Part shown: in pieces, positions 40,318 through 48,720 of the stretch | Position numbering within the stretch: the stretch's first letter is position 1 | How the letters are laid out: the number at the start of each line of letters is the position of its first letter | From: an uncultured virus (IMG/VR IMGVR_UViG_3300025070_000023) | Lineage: Duplodnaviria > Heunggongvirae > Uroviricota > Caudoviricetes | Length of the DNA: 64,000 nucleotides | Strand: one strand, 5' to 3' | Virus record (IMG/VR): IMGVR_UViG_3300025070_000023 | The notes under the pieces: generated by a model | Told to the model about the DNA's origin: nothing | Databases searched by the model: none | Seen by the model: the letters and a program-made list of their open reading frames with translations, nothing else | Translations under genes and position numbers: made by a program

Positions 40318-41952
40318 TTAACCAACTCTTCTTTCTGTTCTTTTGTCATTGTTTTGATTTCCTGCATCTACTGGTAATCCTGTTAATCTTTTATCGGGGC
40401 CTCTATTCATAGAAGGTTTATTCCTTGTTGTTGGTGGGTTCTCTTGTGGCTTACTTAACTGTTGCTCTTGCATTTGCCCCATTTGAGAAGCATCTATGTT
40501 AGTTCCTGCATATGGGTCTACTTCAAATGCACCATCTTCTTTTTGTTCTCCTCCTTCCGGTTCTTTAGGTTCCGGTTTAGAAAAAGTAAAGTTTCCATCT
40601 TCATCCATATCAACTTCAAATCCTAAATTCTTTATCGAACCTGCTACATTCACTTCTAATTCTCTCTTTCTTATTACTGCTATTTCATCTTCTTCTTCGC
40701 TTGGTGGTAGTTTTAAATTCCAATCAGTAATTCCGAATTGCTTTACAAGGAATGGGAAGACATAGTTATTATAGACAGTTTGTGCTTTTTGGACTGCTCT
40801 ATTCGTTACAAGAATCTGCATGCCTTCATTGTTTAATCCGCCACTTGTGGTATTATCAGCCATGAAGACTTTACTGACTCCGTAGAACGCTGATATTCTG
40901 TCTCTCAAATCATCCTTAACAGAAACATAGTCCATTTCTTTTAGGCTGTCCATGAATTTAATCCACTCAACAGCCCCTTTCCCGCTTTCTGATTCTATAC
41001 CCATAACAGGAATAAAGTGAGGGTCTGTTTCCATTTTTTCTTTTACTGACCTCCAAAAAGAACGCATTGAATCCATGTTTCTAGTTTGAACAGCCAATAA
41101 ACCTCTTGGCATACGGCTCTTAGTATAAGATGAATTGACATAATTTTCCATAGCAATCAATGTCATAATATTATTAAATAGAGTTACAATAGGCGACATT
41201 CCATACAATCTAGAAGGACTATACTTGCTAAAATGCAAAACCTCTCCTTTCAAGAAATGTTGGTCTTTGCCATTTGCCCTATTCACATAATGAACGGGGA
41301 ACATATTTCCTCCACATTGGTCGCAAATTTCATGAGCGTCGGTAGTTATTTTATCTCTATGATTGACACAAGTAAAACCCTTAGTTCCCCTTTGCCCCAA
41401 TTCATCAGCATAAATAAACATAGTAACAGGGTCGCCACGATAAACTTCTTTTATCCTGTGCATTCTTATTTTACCATTACCATCAATAAAATATTCTTTT
41501 ACTAGAACGATATAGGCATCATCCATTATATTCAAATCATCTTCTAGTTCTTGTAAAACATCAATAAATAACTGCTCGGATTTATTTACATATCCTTCGA
41601 TAAACTTTTCAGCGTACTCTAATTGTTTTATATCCGGCTTTTTTAAATCAGTAGAATTGCACCTTAGACACTCATTAACTGGCCTACTGTGTTCTTTTCC
41701 GCAGTTATTACATCTTGCTTCGTATGCCTTTTCCCAAACATATCCTCTTCGAAAAACCTCTTGTTTTAATTGAGTGATACAGGTTCTCGCTATTACAGAC
41801 TGATTAACCAAATTGTAAATAATCGGGCCGGTAATCATGTGATGTTGCTGTCTTTCTTGTATTCCCATATTATATACGGTTCTATCAGCAGGTTTGGGAG
41901 TCTGTCTTCTAAATAGATTAGTTAGTTTAAATCTTCTTTTTTCCTCTACCAT
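40318..41952 (-). CDS. Portal protein
   Basis: EVLHFSKYSPSRLYGMSP, PRGLL, ISAFYGVS; between terminase and protease. Confidence 0.85.
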   Translation of the reverse strand: MVEEKRRFKLTNLFRRQTPKPADRTVYNMGIQERQQHHMITGPIIYNLVNQSVIARTCITQLKQEVFRRGYVWEKAYEARCNNCGKEHSRPVNECLRCNSTDLKKPDIKQLEYAEKFIEGYVNKSEQLFIDVLQELEDDLNIMDDAYIVLVKEYFIDGNGKIRMHRIKEVYRGDPVTMFIYADELGQRGTKGFTCVNHRDKITTDAHEICDQCGGNMFPVHYVNRANGKDQHFLKGEVLHFSKYSPSRLYGMSPIVTLFNNIMTLIAMENYVNSSYTKSRMPRGLLAVQTRNMDSMRSFWRSVKEKMETDPHFIPVMGIESESGKGAVEWIKFMDSLKEMDYVSVKDDLRDRISAFYGVSKVFMADNTTSGGLNNEGMQILVTNRAVQKAQTVYNNYVFPFLVKQFGITDWNLKLPPSEEEDEIAVIRKRELEVNVAGSIKNLGFEVDMDEDGNFTFSKPEPKEPEGGEQKEDGAFEVDPYAGTNIDASQMGQMQEQQLSKPQENPPTTRNKPSMNRGPDKRLTGLPVDAGNQNNDKRTERRVG

Positions 41953-41988
41953 AGACTACACCCCTAAAATTTCCACAAAACACATCGG

Positions 41989-42132
41989 TTATAGAACCTT
42001 CGACGCAATAGGTTTTCCTTCTTTAATCCAGCATTCTTTACATAAACCAAATGGGTAGGCTTTATCTGCAATATAGCAACAGGCGGAGAAGGATAGTTCG
42101 GTTGATTTTTTCCAAACCAACCATTCCTTCAT
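41989..42132 (-). CDS. 47-aa Cys-containing microprotein
   Basis: Manual translation MKEWLVWKKSTELSFSACCYIADKAYPFGLCKECWIKEGKPIASKVL fills the gap. Confidence 0.4.
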   Translation of the reverse strand: MKEWLVWKKSTELSFSACCYIADKAYPFGLCKECWIKEGKPIASKVL

Positions 42133-42134
42133 GT

Positions 42135-43499
42135 TCAAGCAATTATTCCTCCGATATTTTCTAAATCGTCCATTATAGACATCTTACAATTGTTCTTGTA
42201 TTTCTGTATATCATCTAGATATATTCCTTCTTTTAGCCAATCATACCCAACATGGTCTTTATGATTCTCCCACTTCATTAGTTTGAAAATCTCATCACAT
42301 CTTCCCTTATACCAATCAGCCTTCTTATATGACTTCTTCATTCGTATAAGTTCTAGGAGTAGTTTAGCATTACCCTTTTTTAGTCTAAAATGCGGAAGAC
42401 ACTTTGTCAGCAATTGTTTAACATCACCTTGAGAATAAAAATTTAAACGATTTATGAGCCTAGTATTTTGTGGTGACTTTTGGTCTAGATGCATTTTACC
42501 AAAACCTATTGATTTGTGCATTTCCTGCATGAATGCCTTTCCTCTTTCACCCGTAGCAACAAGACCCACTCTAGGATTCATGTTCCTGTCTAAAGTAATA
42601 AATCCATCCGAGTCAATAAAAGCCGCAGTATAAGCCCAAATATTCTTCTTAATCATTGAAGGCATCTTATAGTATGACCCTCTATAGGAAGTAATATCTA
42701 ATTTTTTGATTGCTTTGGATATTGAGTTAGGGCTACTTATTTTGAAAAGTGATGTTGGCATTCTTTCATGTATTTCTTTTGCTGTTATTCCTTGATTTTC
42801 ACAGACCGCCTTCACTATAAAATCTTCTTGCATTTCTTTCTTAGTTTTGTTAATTGATTGGTCAGTTATTTTATTTATGGTCTTTCTAAATTCTTTTTTT
42901 GCACTTACCATTTCTTTGTGCAATTCAGAATAATCTTGCCCATAAGCCATTCCTTTTTGATTCTGTTCTGCTTCCCAAAACTTACATAGAGAATCAATAG
43001 TTTCTCTTCTTAGTTCAGCACTCTTCATTTTATTTAATTTGTATAGGTCTTTTTCATTGTATCTCATTTTAGATAAAGGTATAGTATAATCCGATAACCA
43101 TGTAATAGAGCCTATGCACTTTTGTAAATAATCAGCATAAGCATCTATCATTGTGTCAATGGCCTTAGTCATTTTTTCTCTATGTTCTCCCTTTAGTTTT
43201 CTCCTAGCCTTTCTCATTTTTTTAACCAAATCGGGAACACTTTGTTCTTGAATAATATATTCATCGGGGAATGTATCTAGTTGTTTTCTAGCCTCACTAG
43301 CGTTTATATTATAGTGAGTAGATAGTTTAACTATTTCTTCATGCTCCGATAAAACCCCTTGATTGGAAAATATACTTTTCAGTTCTACCCCTAGTTGTCT
43401 TTCGGCTTCATCCATGACTTCTTCTTCCTCTTCATCTAACTCGGCTAACCTTTCCATTTGTTCAGCCGCTTGACGATACTTTTCTGCTTGTTCTGTCAT
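42135..43499 (-). CDS. LAGLIDADG endonuclease-domain protein with long N-terminal extension
   Basis: WAYTAAFIDSDGFI, then IGFGKM, LPHFRLKK. Confidence 0.8.
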   Translation of the reverse strand: MTEQAEKYRQAAEQMERLAELDEEEEEVMDEAERQLGVELKSIFSNQGVLSEHEEIVKLSTHYNINASEARKQLDTFPDEYIIQEQSVPDLVKKMRKARRKLKGEHREKMTKAIDTMIDAYADYLQKCIGSITWLSDYTIPLSKMRYNEKDLYKLNKMKSAELRRETIDSLCKFWEAEQNQKGMAYGQDYSELHKEMVSAKKEFRKTINKITDQSINKTKKEMQEDFIVKAVCENQGITAKEIHERMPTSLFKISSPNSISKAIKKLDITSYRGSYYKMPSMIKKNIWAYTAAFIDSDGFITLDRNMNPRVGLVATGERGKAFMQEMHKSIGFGKMHLDQKSPQNTRLINRLNFYSQGDVKQLLTKCLPHFRLKKGNAKLLLELIRMKKSYKKADWYKGRCDEIFKLMKWENHKDHVGYDWLKEGIYLDDIQKYKNNCKMSIMDDLENIGGIIA

Positions 43500-43508
43500 A
43501 TAATCACC

Positions 43509-44939
43509 TTAGAAGTTCAGCCCCATCGGATTTATTCTGCCTTTTCTAACTTGTGGCTTGGAATCCTCAAATATACCCATATCATCTAATAAAATAAAAC
43601 TATCAGTTGCTTGATAAGTTGCCGCATTCGCTAATGCTAGGCTCATAACCATGTCATCATGCGCTCCGACACCCTCAAATTTACCCCTTTCTGTAATGGC
43701 AAACATTGATAATTCCTCTAATAAAACACTAGTAACTCTTCTGCTTTCTTCATTCCCATAAGGAAAGTTCATCTTACCGTTCTCCAAAGTCATCTGTAAA
43801 TTTAAAATTATTTCTTGTTTCTTTCTTCTAGTAGTATTAAAATCATGAATATTTAAATCAGCGACTTGTCGCAACTCTTGCGTAAACGATTTAGCGAATG
43901 TATTTGTTTCAAACAGTATTGCTTCCGGTCTAAACAATTGCCCTATCAGTTTTACTTTCTGTATGTTCTCTCTAAACTCTACATTTTTAGACCTATCAAC
44001 ATACACTACTGATTTATTTTCTTCTTCATCCATTTCTATTACAGTAATTACATTGTAGTCACCATCAGTAGAAATAGCAGGGTCTACACCCACAAAATAT
44101 TTGTAGGCTTCACGCTTTAATGGCTTCAAAACTAAATCTTTATTTTTGGCATTATCTAAATGTTCGGGATTAAATAGAGAAGTTCCTGTAGATATAGGAA
44201 CACACATATATTCTCTTGTGAACATCATAGAACCTACTTCCGCTTTACGAGCCATTAATGCTTCATAGTTCCATCTTTCAGGCCAAAGCGGTTCATTTAG
44301 AGCATTAAGACAAGGATAAGTATTGACAGTATAAGCAGGATTTTCAGCAAGTTGTTGGTAAATATCTGTGTAACTAAATGGAGTTCCAATAACTCTTAAA
44401 GAAGCAGTATGGTGAAGTGTTGGTATCATGTCACCATAAAACCAATCTGTGACTTTTTGAATACCAGTCATACTAAATTCCTTCAAAGGGTCGTCAATAA
44501 TAATCTCTTGAGGATGAAGTCCACGAATCTGTGAACCGACGGAACGCTCTAAGATTTGATTACCGTTAGTCAATGTAATGTTTCCAATAGCCCAACCCCT
44601 AGCGGGTTTGTATTTTTTAAGCATAGGGTGAGTAAACATTTTGTCAATATCTCTCATGTGAACTAAAGTCTGTTTTTGGTTAGAAGAAATATATAGCATT
44701 TGATAAGGAGGCTCTTCAAAAATTAATTTCCATACTACCCAAGCATGCATGAATACTGATTTCCCATGGTCACGACTACAAATAATTACAGTTCTTTGAG
44801 TAGTTTCCATAAGTTCATGCCACTCTTGAATATATGAAGGAAAGTCAAACCCAAGAACATTTTGAAAGAAATATGGAAAAGAATTTTTAGATAACTCCAT
44901 ATCCATTCGATGTTCGAAATTAAATCCTTCTAATTCCAT
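43509..44939 (-). CDS. terL: Terminase large subunit
   Basis: SRDHGKS, IRGLHP.EIIIDD, VIGTP, VGVDPA, HDDMVMSLALA. Confidence 0.92.
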   Translation of the reverse strand: MELEGFNFEHRMDMELSKNSFPYFFQNVLGFDFPSYIQEWHELMETTQRTVIICSRDHGKSVFMHAWVVWKLIFEEPPYQMLYISSNQKQTLVHMRDIDKMFTHPMLKKYKPARGWAIGNITLTNGNQILERSVGSQIRGLHPQEIIIDDPLKEFSMTGIQKVTDWFYGDMIPTLHHTASLRVIGTPFSYTDIYQQLAENPAYTVNTYPCLNALNEPLWPERWNYEALMARKAEVGSMMFTREYMCVPISTGTSLFNPEHLDNAKNKDLVLKPLKREAYKYFVGVDPAISTDGDYNVITVIEMDEEENKSVVYVDRSKNVEFRENIQKVKLIGQLFRPEAILFETNTFAKSFTQELRQVADLNIHDFNTTRRKKQEIILNLQMTLENGKMNFPYGNEESRRVTSVLLEELSMFAITERGKFEGVGAHDDMVMSLALANAATYQATDSFILLDDMGIFEDSKPQVRKGRINPMGLNF

Positions 44940-44949
44940 GATATTTCAC

Positions 44950-45414
44950 CTAGTCCTCTTTGTAGGGGCGATATCTAAACATAGGCAAAACCTTCATTTG
45001 GTTATACATATCCTCGGGCATTATATCATCTACTTGAGAATACTCTTCTATTCTTAACCCTCCTCTTTTTTCTACCATGTCAAATAGTCTTTGATTATCT
45101 GTTCCTTTTAATGGATTTAATAAAGTCACTTGTGCTTTATCCGAGCCTAGTTTGGAATCCCTATATTTGAGAACCTTACCATAAGAACCTTTGACAAATG
45201 AAAAACTGTTTCCTACAAAATAAAACTTATCGAATTCCTTGAATGAAGTATATCCTTTTAGTTTTCCAGTATCGTCATCGAAATCTGCAACAATATTAAG
45301 AGGATGAATAATAGAAGGATATCCTTTATCTTCTGCCTTTATGAATTCATCTAGGTCTAAGAGTTTCTCTTCGGGTAGAATCTCTATCCTCTTTAATATG
45401 TTCCACCAAGACAT
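44950..45414 (-). CDS. Tagged protein (MSWWNILK), unknown cargo
   Basis: Start reassigned to ATG 45414 just after upstream stop. Confidence 0.7.
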   Translation of the reverse strand: MSWWNILKRIEILPEEKLLDLDEFIKAEDKGYPSIIHPLNIVADFDDDTGKLKGYTSFKEFDKFYFVGNSFSFVKGSYGKVLKYRDSKLGSDKAQVTLLNPLKGTDNQRLFDMVEKRGGLRIEEYSQVDDIMPEDMYNQMKVLPMFRYRPYKED

Positions 45415-45415
45415 T

Positions 45416-45784
45416 TCAACTACCTTTACGCCACTTTTTGTTTTTCTTTTCTTTGGTTTTCTTAGGACTCCATTTTTCTTTATTAGCCCAATAAGCCGCA
45501 GACATTTTCCCACGCTTGATATTTTCAGCATGACGAGATTTGAAGGCTTCTCTTTGCCCTTTAGTTTGATTTGTTTTGACACCTTTCTGTCCGAATTTCA
45601 TGTATTTTGCTTTCTTACTTTTGGCATCCCAAGCCATTACATGATGAGACTTGCTTTTATCATCTCTTAGTGCCTGTGCGTCATTCAATCCGGAAAGACC
45701 TTTTTTTCTTGCTCTTTCCAATGCCCGTTTTCTAGGACTTTTGGGTTTCTTTTTCTTTTTGAGAATATCCATCCAATCACTCAT
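45416..45784 (-). CDS. Tagged basic protein (MSDWMDILK), DUF5754-like cargo
   Basis: KFGQKG...FKSRH...SAAYWA..KW recalled similarity. Confidence 0.65.
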   Translation of the reverse strand: MSDWMDILKKKKKPKSPRKRALERARKKGLSGLNDAQALRDDKSKSHHVMAWDAKSKKAKYMKFGQKGVKTNQTKGQREAFKSRHAENIKRGKMSAAYWANKEKWSPKKTKEKKNKKWRKGS

Positions 45785-46352
45785 ACGCATCACCTATTAG
45801 ATATCCTAATTTCTTTCCTGCTTCTATATCGCTAGGGTAGTGGCTACCCATTTGAATTCTAGATAGTGATATTCTATCAGCCATTTGTTTTAACTCTTTC
45901 TTCTTATTTGGGTATTTTTTACCTAACACTCTTTCTAAACCATGTGCGGCCATTGAGTGACCACTAGGAAAAGCAGGAGTATCGTCTGTAGTTGTTTTAG
46001 TGGATTTAATTTTATTACTTATTTGATGGGGTCTTGGTCTTTGGTATTTCATTTTTAATGACATGGCATAATAATTAATATCTTTAATTAAATCTTCATA
46101 GTCTTCTTTATCTGCACCGACAATATCAAACATCTCTTTTTGCGGCTTAAGGTCTGCATCTTCCATTTGTTTTGGATTTAGTTTTTTCTCTTTAATTATT
46201 TTTAATATGGCGGGTATTTCTGTCTCTTCTTTTGGATAACTTAGTTTAGGAATATCTATTTTTATTTTTGGACTCCTCTCAAGCATAGCCTTTTTCTTAC
46301 TAGAAAGTGTGCCTTGCCACTTTCTTTTCTTGAGAATATCCATCCAACTCAT
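45777..46352 (-). CDS. Tagged PAP2-family phosphatase (MSWMDILK)
   Basis: K-x6-RP, PSGH, SR-x5-H-x3-D motifs. Confidence 0.85.
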   Translation of the reverse strand: MSWMDILKKRKWQGTLSSKKKAMLERSPKIKIDIPKLSYPKEETEIPAILKIIKEKKLNPKQMEDADLKPQKEMFDIVGADKEDYEDLIKDINYYAMSLKMKYQRPRPHQISNKIKSTKTTTDDTPAFPSGHSMAAHGLERVLGKKYPNKKKELKQMADRISLSRIQMGSHYPSDIEAGKKLGYLIGDAYE

Positions 46353-46356
46353 GCTA

Positions 46357-46707
46357 TCACTTCGGGTTATGAGTATAAATATCTCCGTCTTTGTGCATGA
46401 ATACTTTACCGTCTTTTTCTAATTCGGCTAAGGCTCGTTTTATTTCTGCCTCTTCACCAAACTGTTTTAGATTTTTCATACCTAATGCCCCGCCTTCTTT
46501 TTTAATTTCGGCAAGTATTTTTGCTTTTATATCTTGCTTAACCATTCTTCCAACGGAAGACCTTTGCCTTGCCCCTTTACCTGTTTTTCTTCTAACTATT
46601 TTTTCGGCTTTTTCACGCATCATGTTTCTAAATCGCATTAAGTCTTGAACTTGTTTTTCTTCTTCGGGCGTTAAAGGCGGTGCCTTCAGTATATCTTTCC
46701 ATGTCAT
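46357..46707 (-). CDS. Tagged protein (MTWKDILK) with wHTH-like C-terminus
   Basis: IKRALAELEKDGKV. Confidence 0.65.
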   Translation of the reverse strand: MTWKDILKAPPLTPEEEKQVQDLMRFRNMMREKAEKIVRRKTGKGARQRSSVGRMVKQDIKAKILAEIKKEGGALGMKNLKQFGEEAEIKRALAELEKDGKVFMHKDGDIYTHNPK

Positions 46708-46737
46708 GCTTTCATCCTCTTTGTTTTTCTTTTTCAT

Positions 46738-47466
46738 TTAACCACCTATACCGTATTTAATTTCTAATAGCCTTAACTGCAATAACAATAAAAATAATTC
46801 TTTAGGTCGTTTCATTGATACACCAACTGCATTACCTATGAACATATCCATATCATTTTTTGATATTTGTTCGCTAGTGCTTAGATTATTAAATAACTTA
46901 GGGAAAGTATCAAGACCTTGTTCTAGTTCATCTTTAGTTATATTAAATATTTTATATCCAAACAAACTATCAATATTGGTTGCTGTTGCTACTGCTTTAG
47001 CAGATGCAGTAGTTAAAACATCGGCAGCGATAAGATTGCTTTTGAATATAGTATAATATTTATTAAATTCATTAGTAGGCATAACTTCAAAATCAACTTT
47101 ATTTTCAGACCCAGTTCCTCCAAGCATTATATGTTGCCTTCCTGTCATCATCGTAGTATCATTAAAATCATAAAATAATTCTACTTCATCTTCTGTTAAT
47201 TTTGCGACATTTATTATGGGCTTACCTGTTATTCTAAAATCTCCACCTGTGCTACCGAATAAAGCATAAGGCATAGACTCATATATATTTGTAGACCAAT
47301 ATTCGCTTGAACCACCTTCTTGATTTCCTTGATAAATAGTTTCCACTATTTTTTCATCAAACTTTGGTAGTCCTTCTTGCCAATAACTACCAGTTTCTCT
47401 TTCATCAAAATTAGGATTTTTTAATCTATATGGAGACTTTAGAATATTTTTCCACAAAATATTCAC
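46738..47466 (-). CDS. Tagged protein (MNILWKNILK), unknown cargo
   Basis: GTG start overlapping upstream stop. Confidence 0.65.
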   Translation of the reverse strand: MNILWKNILKSPYRLKNPNFDERETGSYWQEGLPKFDEKIVETIYQGNQEGGSSEYWSTNIYESMPYALFGSTGGDFRITGKPIINVAKLTEDEVELFYDFNDTTMMTGRQHIMLGGTGSENKVDFEVMPTNEFNKYYTIFKSNLIAADVLTTASAKAVATATNIDSLFGYKIFNITKDELEQGLDTFPKLFNNLSTSEQISKNDMDMFIGNAVGVSMKRPKELFLLLLQLRLLEIKYGIGG

Positions 47467-47951
47467 CTCCCCATATCAAAGGATTCTTCTAAATCTTTGG
47501 CGTATCTAAGCATGTTTCTGCCTTCTCTAATCCTTCTTCTATTGCCAGTAATTAACAACTCGCCAGTTAATTTCATCATCTTTATTGTTTTTTGAAACAT
47601 GGCTTCTGTTCCTTCATCTAATTTATCGGAGTATTTTCTACGCTGTGTATATTTCCCCCTTTCAAAATCCTTCAAAACATTTTCAACTATTCCGTTGTTG
47701 ATTCCTTGTTGTAGACTACCCTGTGATAATTCAAGCCATCTACCATCAGCATAAAATTCAGCAAGAAAACTATAATACTCTTCAAATTTTTCCTGTGGAA
47801 CTTGTATTGGTACTGAAGAAAGATTCTGTGGTTTAGATGTAAAGACATTACCTATATTTTGTTTAGTTCCTTTTCTTTGTAACCAAAGATTAGCATTAGC
47901 GGCCATTCTGCCAACTATTGCTGTCTGTTTGATTACTTTGAACCAAGACAT
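47463..47951 (-). CDS. Tagged protein (MSWFKVIK)
   Basis: N-terminal motif. Confidence 0.7.
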   Translation of the reverse strand: MSWFKVIKQTAIVGRMAANANLWLQRKGTKQNIGNVFTSKPQNLSSVPIQVPQEKFEEYYSFLAEFYADGRWLELSQGSLQQGINNGIVENVLKDFERGKYTQRRKYSDKLDEGTEAMFQKTIKMMKLTGELLITGNRRRIREGRNMLRYAKDLEESFDMGR

Positions 47952-47952
47952 A

Positions 47953-48219
47953 TCATCTACCTTCTACTCTACGATATACCTTTTTAGCAGTCTTTCCTCT
48001 AGGAACATGCTGTTTTCCCTTTTTCTTTCCTTCGCTTTTCTTGCGATTTTCATATGCCTTTTGGTTATCAGTAAGTGCATCTGCTACTGCTTTAGGGGCA
48101 TACCTATCATTTTTTCCATCACCAAGAGGTTGCCAATTTTCTTTATTCCATTCATCCATATCTTTTTGCTTATCGGTTAAACCTTTAAGAATATTCCACC
48201 AATTACTTTTTATTGACAA
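47953..48219 (-). CDS. Tagged protein (..NWWNILK), resembles second half of DUF5872
   Basis: QKDMDEWNKENW...RYAPK...NRKK...GKQHV; start TTG 48219 or GTG 48228. Confidence 0.6.
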   Translation of the reverse strand: MSIKSNWWNILKGLTDKQKDMDEWNKENWQPLGDGKNDRYAPKAVADALTDNQKAYENRKKSEGKKKGKQHVPRGKTAKKVYRRVEGR

Positions 48220-48715
48220 AACCGCCACCTGCCTTTTGATATCTTCTATTTAGTTCTTGAGATTTACGGGCAGACCACTGACCTGCGGCAGTTCCATGAG
48301 TATTTTGATTAAGTAAAGTTGCGTGTATTCTTTCCCTTAGTTTCGGTTGAGTATATACTCCTTTAGGCGCAGTATATCCTGATTTCTTTTTCTTTTTCTT
48401 TAGAATATCTTGCCAAGACTTACCTAATGTTTTATTAAAACTTCCATCTTGGAGTTGCCTATATCCTGCTCTAGTAGCGGCTCCTTTCATACTCATGCTA
48501 ATTTTCCTAGACATTTTTTCTCCCATGTTTCTAAAATCCCTAGTAAGGGCGTTTTTGGTTCCTTGAGTTTCTAATTTTTTAAGCAAGTTTTCATAGAATT
48601 CTCTATACTCGCTATAATCTAATCTAAACTCGTCACCCAAATTCATCAAAGCAAATGCTTTATCTGCTGTTTCACTAGGTATCTTATATTTTGCTTTGTT
48701 TAATATTTCTGTCAT
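48203..48715 (-). CDS. Protein with internal tag (SWQDILK) followed by a region resembling first half of DUF5872
   Basis: YTQPKLRERI...GQWSARKSQ...YQKAGGGF. Confidence 0.65.
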   Translation of the reverse strand: MTEILNKAKYKIPSETADKAFALMNLGDEFRLDYSEYREFYENLLKKLETQGTKNALTRDFRNMGEKMSRKISMSMKGAATRAGYRQLQDGSFNKTLGKSWQDILKKKKKKSGYTAPKGVYTQPKLRERIHATLLNQNTHGTAAGQWSARKSQELNRRYQKAGGGFVNKK

Positions 48716-48720
48716 AATTA

